From Alphaproteobacteria bacterium (lineage in GTDB: Bacteria > Pseudomonadota > Alphaproteobacteria > UBA9219): a DNA stretch of 64,000 nt. Location of the stretch: NCBI GenBank assembly GCA_034002905.1, contig JAVEZQ010000004.1:4175-68174 (forward strand), read 5' to 3'. A model generated the notes under the pieces. That model saw nothing but the letters and a program-made list of their open reading frames with translations, was not told the origin of the DNA and searched no databases. The position numbers and the translations under genes are program-made. Position 1 is the first letter of the stretch, and each line of letters begins with the position of its first letter. Positions 60,232 through 64,000 of the stretch are shown here, in pieces.

Positions 60232-61310
60232 CCGAAAAAGAGGTATCCCGCGAGAAAACTTGGTTTTTGCTTTTTGCTGTATTCTTGGGATTGATTTGGC
60301 TGTTGCGCCCCATCCTTCTCCCCTTTGTTGCTGGCGGTGTTTTGGCCTATTTCCTTGATCCAGCCGTGGACAAGCTGTCGTTATGGCGGGTGCCGCGATG
60401 GCTTGGAACGTTGATTGTTTTGGCGGCGGCGGCGGTGAGCGCCGCACTCCTTGTCCTTTTGATTTTTCCGCTGGTGCAGTCCCAGATCATCGCGTTGTTG
60501 CACGCCTTGCCTGATTATGTTCAACTGGTTAAAGCCAAACTATTGCCCCCTATTTATGATTGGCTGGGACGGTTGTCTCCCACGGAAGTTGAGAAGTTGA
60601 AAGAGGCAGCAGGGTCTTATGCTGGCGATGCCGTCGGGATAGCCGGGAAGTTTGTGACGGAGATGATTTCAAAAGGCTTCGCACTGTTTGATATTCTGAC
60701 CCTTTTGATCATTACGCCCGTTGTCGCTTTTTATCTGCTGAGGGATTGGCCAGACGTGAAGAAAAATATCGACACCCTTGTCCCGCGCAAACAACACGGC
60801 ATGGTGCGCGAAGCGACGAGCGATATCAACAAAACCTTGTCTGGCTTTCTGCGCGGTCAAGCACTTGTGTGTTTGTCTCTTGCGATCATATATAGCGTTG
60901 GGTTGTCCATCGTCGGGCTTGAGTATGGCGCAACGATCGGGATCATTGCTGGTGTTCTGTCTTTTATCCCTTATGTCGGCTCAGGCTTCGGTCTGATCGT
61001 GAGCATGATCCTCGCCTTTATCCAGTTTGATGACCCATGGTCGATCGGGGCTGTTCTGGTTGTGTTTTTGATCGGGCAGGGGCTTGAGGGGTATGTTCTC
61101 ACACCCAAACTCGTGGGGGATCGTGTCGGGCTGCACCCGGTTTGGATTCTCTTTGCTTTGTTTGCGGGCGGCGCTCTCTTTGGTTTTGTTGGTATTTTGA
61201 TTGCGGTGCCCGTTGCGGCGGTGCTTGGTGTGTTGGCCCGTTTGGCGATCAAGCACTACAAGGACAGCGCGCTTTACAAAGGCGGCAAATCACAGAGTGG
61301 GCGGGACTAG
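60228..61310 (+). CDS. AI-2E family transporter (PerM/YdiK, UPF0118)
   Basis: 8-TM pattern with conserved AI-2E motifs. Confidence 0.7.
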   Translation: MTEKEVSREKTWFLLFAVFLGLIWLLRPILLPFVAGGVLAYFLDPAVDKLSLWRVPRWLGTLIVLAAAAVSAALLVLLIFPLVQSQIIALLHALPDYVQLVKAKLLPPIYDWLGRLSPTEVEKLKEAAGSYAGDAVGIAGKFVTEMISKGFALFDILTLLIITPVVAFYLLRDWPDVKKNIDTLVPRKQHGMVREATSDINKTLSGFLRGQALVCLSLAIIYSVGLSIVGLEYGATIGIIAGVLSFIPYVGSGFGLIVSMILAFIQFDDPWSIGAVLVVFLIGQGLEGYVLTPKLVGDRVGLHPVWILFALFAGGALFGFVGILIAVPVAAVLGVLARLAIKHYKDSALYKGGKSQSGRD

Positions 61311-61321
61311 CGCACGCCATG

Positions 61322-62002
61322 GTAGGACAGCAGTATCATTTTTTGCTCCAGCAAAAAGAGTCTCTGACTCTCGATGATTTTCTCCCTGCCTCCTCGAATG
61401 AGGGAGCTCTGCGATGGCTGCTTCAGACCCAGCCTTCGGCGTGGCCTTCGCATGCGTTTCTTTTATGGGGGCCAGAAGCGAGCGGCAAGACGCATCTGGG
61501 AACGGTCTGGGCCACGGCAAACAAGGCAAGGGCCTTGGCGTGTGGTGACGAGAGTCTTTCCCTGATCGTTTCAGGAGAGGATCGCGCGCCTGCCTATTTT
61601 CTGGATGACGCGCACAAATGTGCCGGACAAGCGGATAAAGAAGAGTGGCTTCAACATTTATTCAATGCAACAAAAACGGCAAACAAACCTTTGCTTATGA
61701 CCTCGATGGCGCCACCTGTGCAATGGGGCCTGAAGCTGCCGGATATCTTGACGCGTTTGAAAAGTTGCCCGAGTGCTGAGTTATTGGGGCCTGACGATGA
61801 GCTGATGCGCGGACTTTTGGTCAAGCTGTTTCGTGATCGCCAATTGCTTGTTGATTTTGCGGTGGTCGATTATATCGCGCCGCGGTTGGAACGCACGGGC
61901 CGTGCGGCACGGGAGCTTGTGGCTGCAATTGATGCTGCTGCGTTAGAGGGTCATAGGAAAATTTCTATCCCCTTTGTTCAGAAAACGATGAAGTGGGGAT
62001 AG
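61322..62002 (+). CDS. hdaA: DnaA-homolog regulatory inactivator HdaA
   Basis: AAA+ Walker A GPEASGKTHL. About 226 aa. Trimmed from ORF 61142..62002. Confidence 0.7.
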   Translation, partial: VGQQYHFLLQQKESLTLDDFLPASSNEGALRWLLQTQPSAWPSHAFLLWGPEASGKTHLGTVWATANKARALACGDESLSLIVSGEDRAPAYFLDDAHKCAGQADKEEWLQHLFNATKTANKPLLMTSMAPPVQWGLKLPDILTRLKSCPSAELLGPDDELMRGLLVKLFRDRQLLVDFAVVDYIAPRLERTGRAARELVAAIDAAALEGHRKISIPFVQKTMKWG

Positions 62003-62008
62003 GAAGGC

Positions 62009-62587
62009 ATGAAAGTTTTTTCGTTTTTGTATGACTGGACCTTGCGTTTGTCGCGGCATCACCGCGCACCTTGGTTTCTTGGCGCGCTTTCTTTTGCAGA
62101 ATCGTCTTTTTTTCCGATCCCGCCTGATGTGATGCTGGCCCCTATGTGTCTGGCCATGCCCCAAAAAGCATGGCGTTTAGCGGCGTTGACATCTATTGCC
62201 TCGGTTTTGGGAGGCATGTTTGGTTATTTAATAGGGGTCTTTGCCTTTGATTTGATCCAGCCTTATTTACAGGACTCGCATTACTGGGCTGCCTATGAAA
62301 CGGCGGTTGCGTGGTTTAAGGATTATGGCTTCTGGGCTATTTTTGTGGCTGGGTTTTCGCCTATCCCTTATAAAGTGTTTACGATTGCGGCGGGCGCCAT
62401 GAGTATGGCTTTTCTTCCGTTTGTAATTGCTTCGGTCATTGGACGCGGCGCACGGTTCTTTCTTGTTGCCGGATTGATGTCTTGGGGCGGGGAGCGGATG
62501 GAGAGCGCCTTGCGGCGTTATGTCGATCGATTGGGCTGGGCCATTGTTGCCCTCATAATAGCCGGAATTGTTATCGCAAAGCTTTAA
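62009..62587 (+). CDS. YqaA/DedA-SNARE-associated family membrane protein
   Basis: Four TM helices. Conserved after hdaA. Confidence 0.6.
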   Translation: MKVFSFLYDWTLRLSRHHRAPWFLGALSFAESSFFPIPPDVMLAPMCLAMPQKAWRLAALTSIASVLGGMFGYLIGVFAFDLIQPYLQDSHYWAAYETAVAWFKDYGFWAIFVAGFSPIPYKVFTIAAGAMSMAFLPFVIASVIGRGARFFLVAGLMSWGGERMESALRRYVDRLGWAIVALIIAGIVIAKL

Positions 62588-62638
62588 AAAAGCCATGCCT
62601 TTTGTTGGGTGTTTTCCCACTATATCGCGGAAGCCTGA

Positions 62639-64000
<1,362 letters not shown>

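Overview
This 64-kb window comes from a moderately GC-rich alphaproteobacterial chromosome whose gene order resembles Rhizobiales/Caulobacterales. It spans the chromosomal origin region, and most of the window is core housekeeping.

Core features:
- The origin neighbourhood reads hemH-hemE, then an AT-rich gap carrying DnaA boxes, then a DUF299 (pyruvate-phosphate dikinase regulatory protein family) gene followed by aroE-coaE-dnaQ.
- mnmE-mnmG-rsmG-parA-parB lies further on.
- Other recognised genes are gatA (5' partial), rsmI, rpsD, rho, secB, mltA, the leuS-lptE-holA cluster, pepA-holC-ribF, ndk, purN-purM, hdaA and purA (3' partial).

Accessory region:
- An about 12-kb genomic island sits at the 3' side of tRNA-Gly(CCC), roughly 1569-13794. 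It starts with a P4-type tyrosine integrase that carries a single in-frame amber stop, followed by an AlpA-like regulator and a Prim-Pol primase.
- The island is bounded by a degenerate repeat of the tRNA 3' end. Near-identical 22-bp arrays of TGGGGGCAT motifs, likely integrase arm sites, sit at both ends.
- Cargo comprises:
  - an unassigned two-gene module (5323-6806, minus strand);
  - decayed ORFs at 7022-8258;
  - an Mrr-family type IV restriction endonuclease translationally coupled to a membrane protein;
  - a low-GC cluster of secreted, membrane and lipoprotein genes at 10395-12752;
  - a stand-alone macro-domain (ADP-ribose-processing) protein at the distal edge.

The most likely places for an undescribed system are the unassigned two-gene module, the Mrr-plus-membrane-partner pair and the low-GC envelope trio. 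A Kir-like channel with a non-canonical selectivity filter is inserted between mnmE and mnmG. A tRNA-Lys(CTT), several rho-independent terminators and an rpsD promoter are also annotated. No CRISPR, rRNA or transposase was seen.
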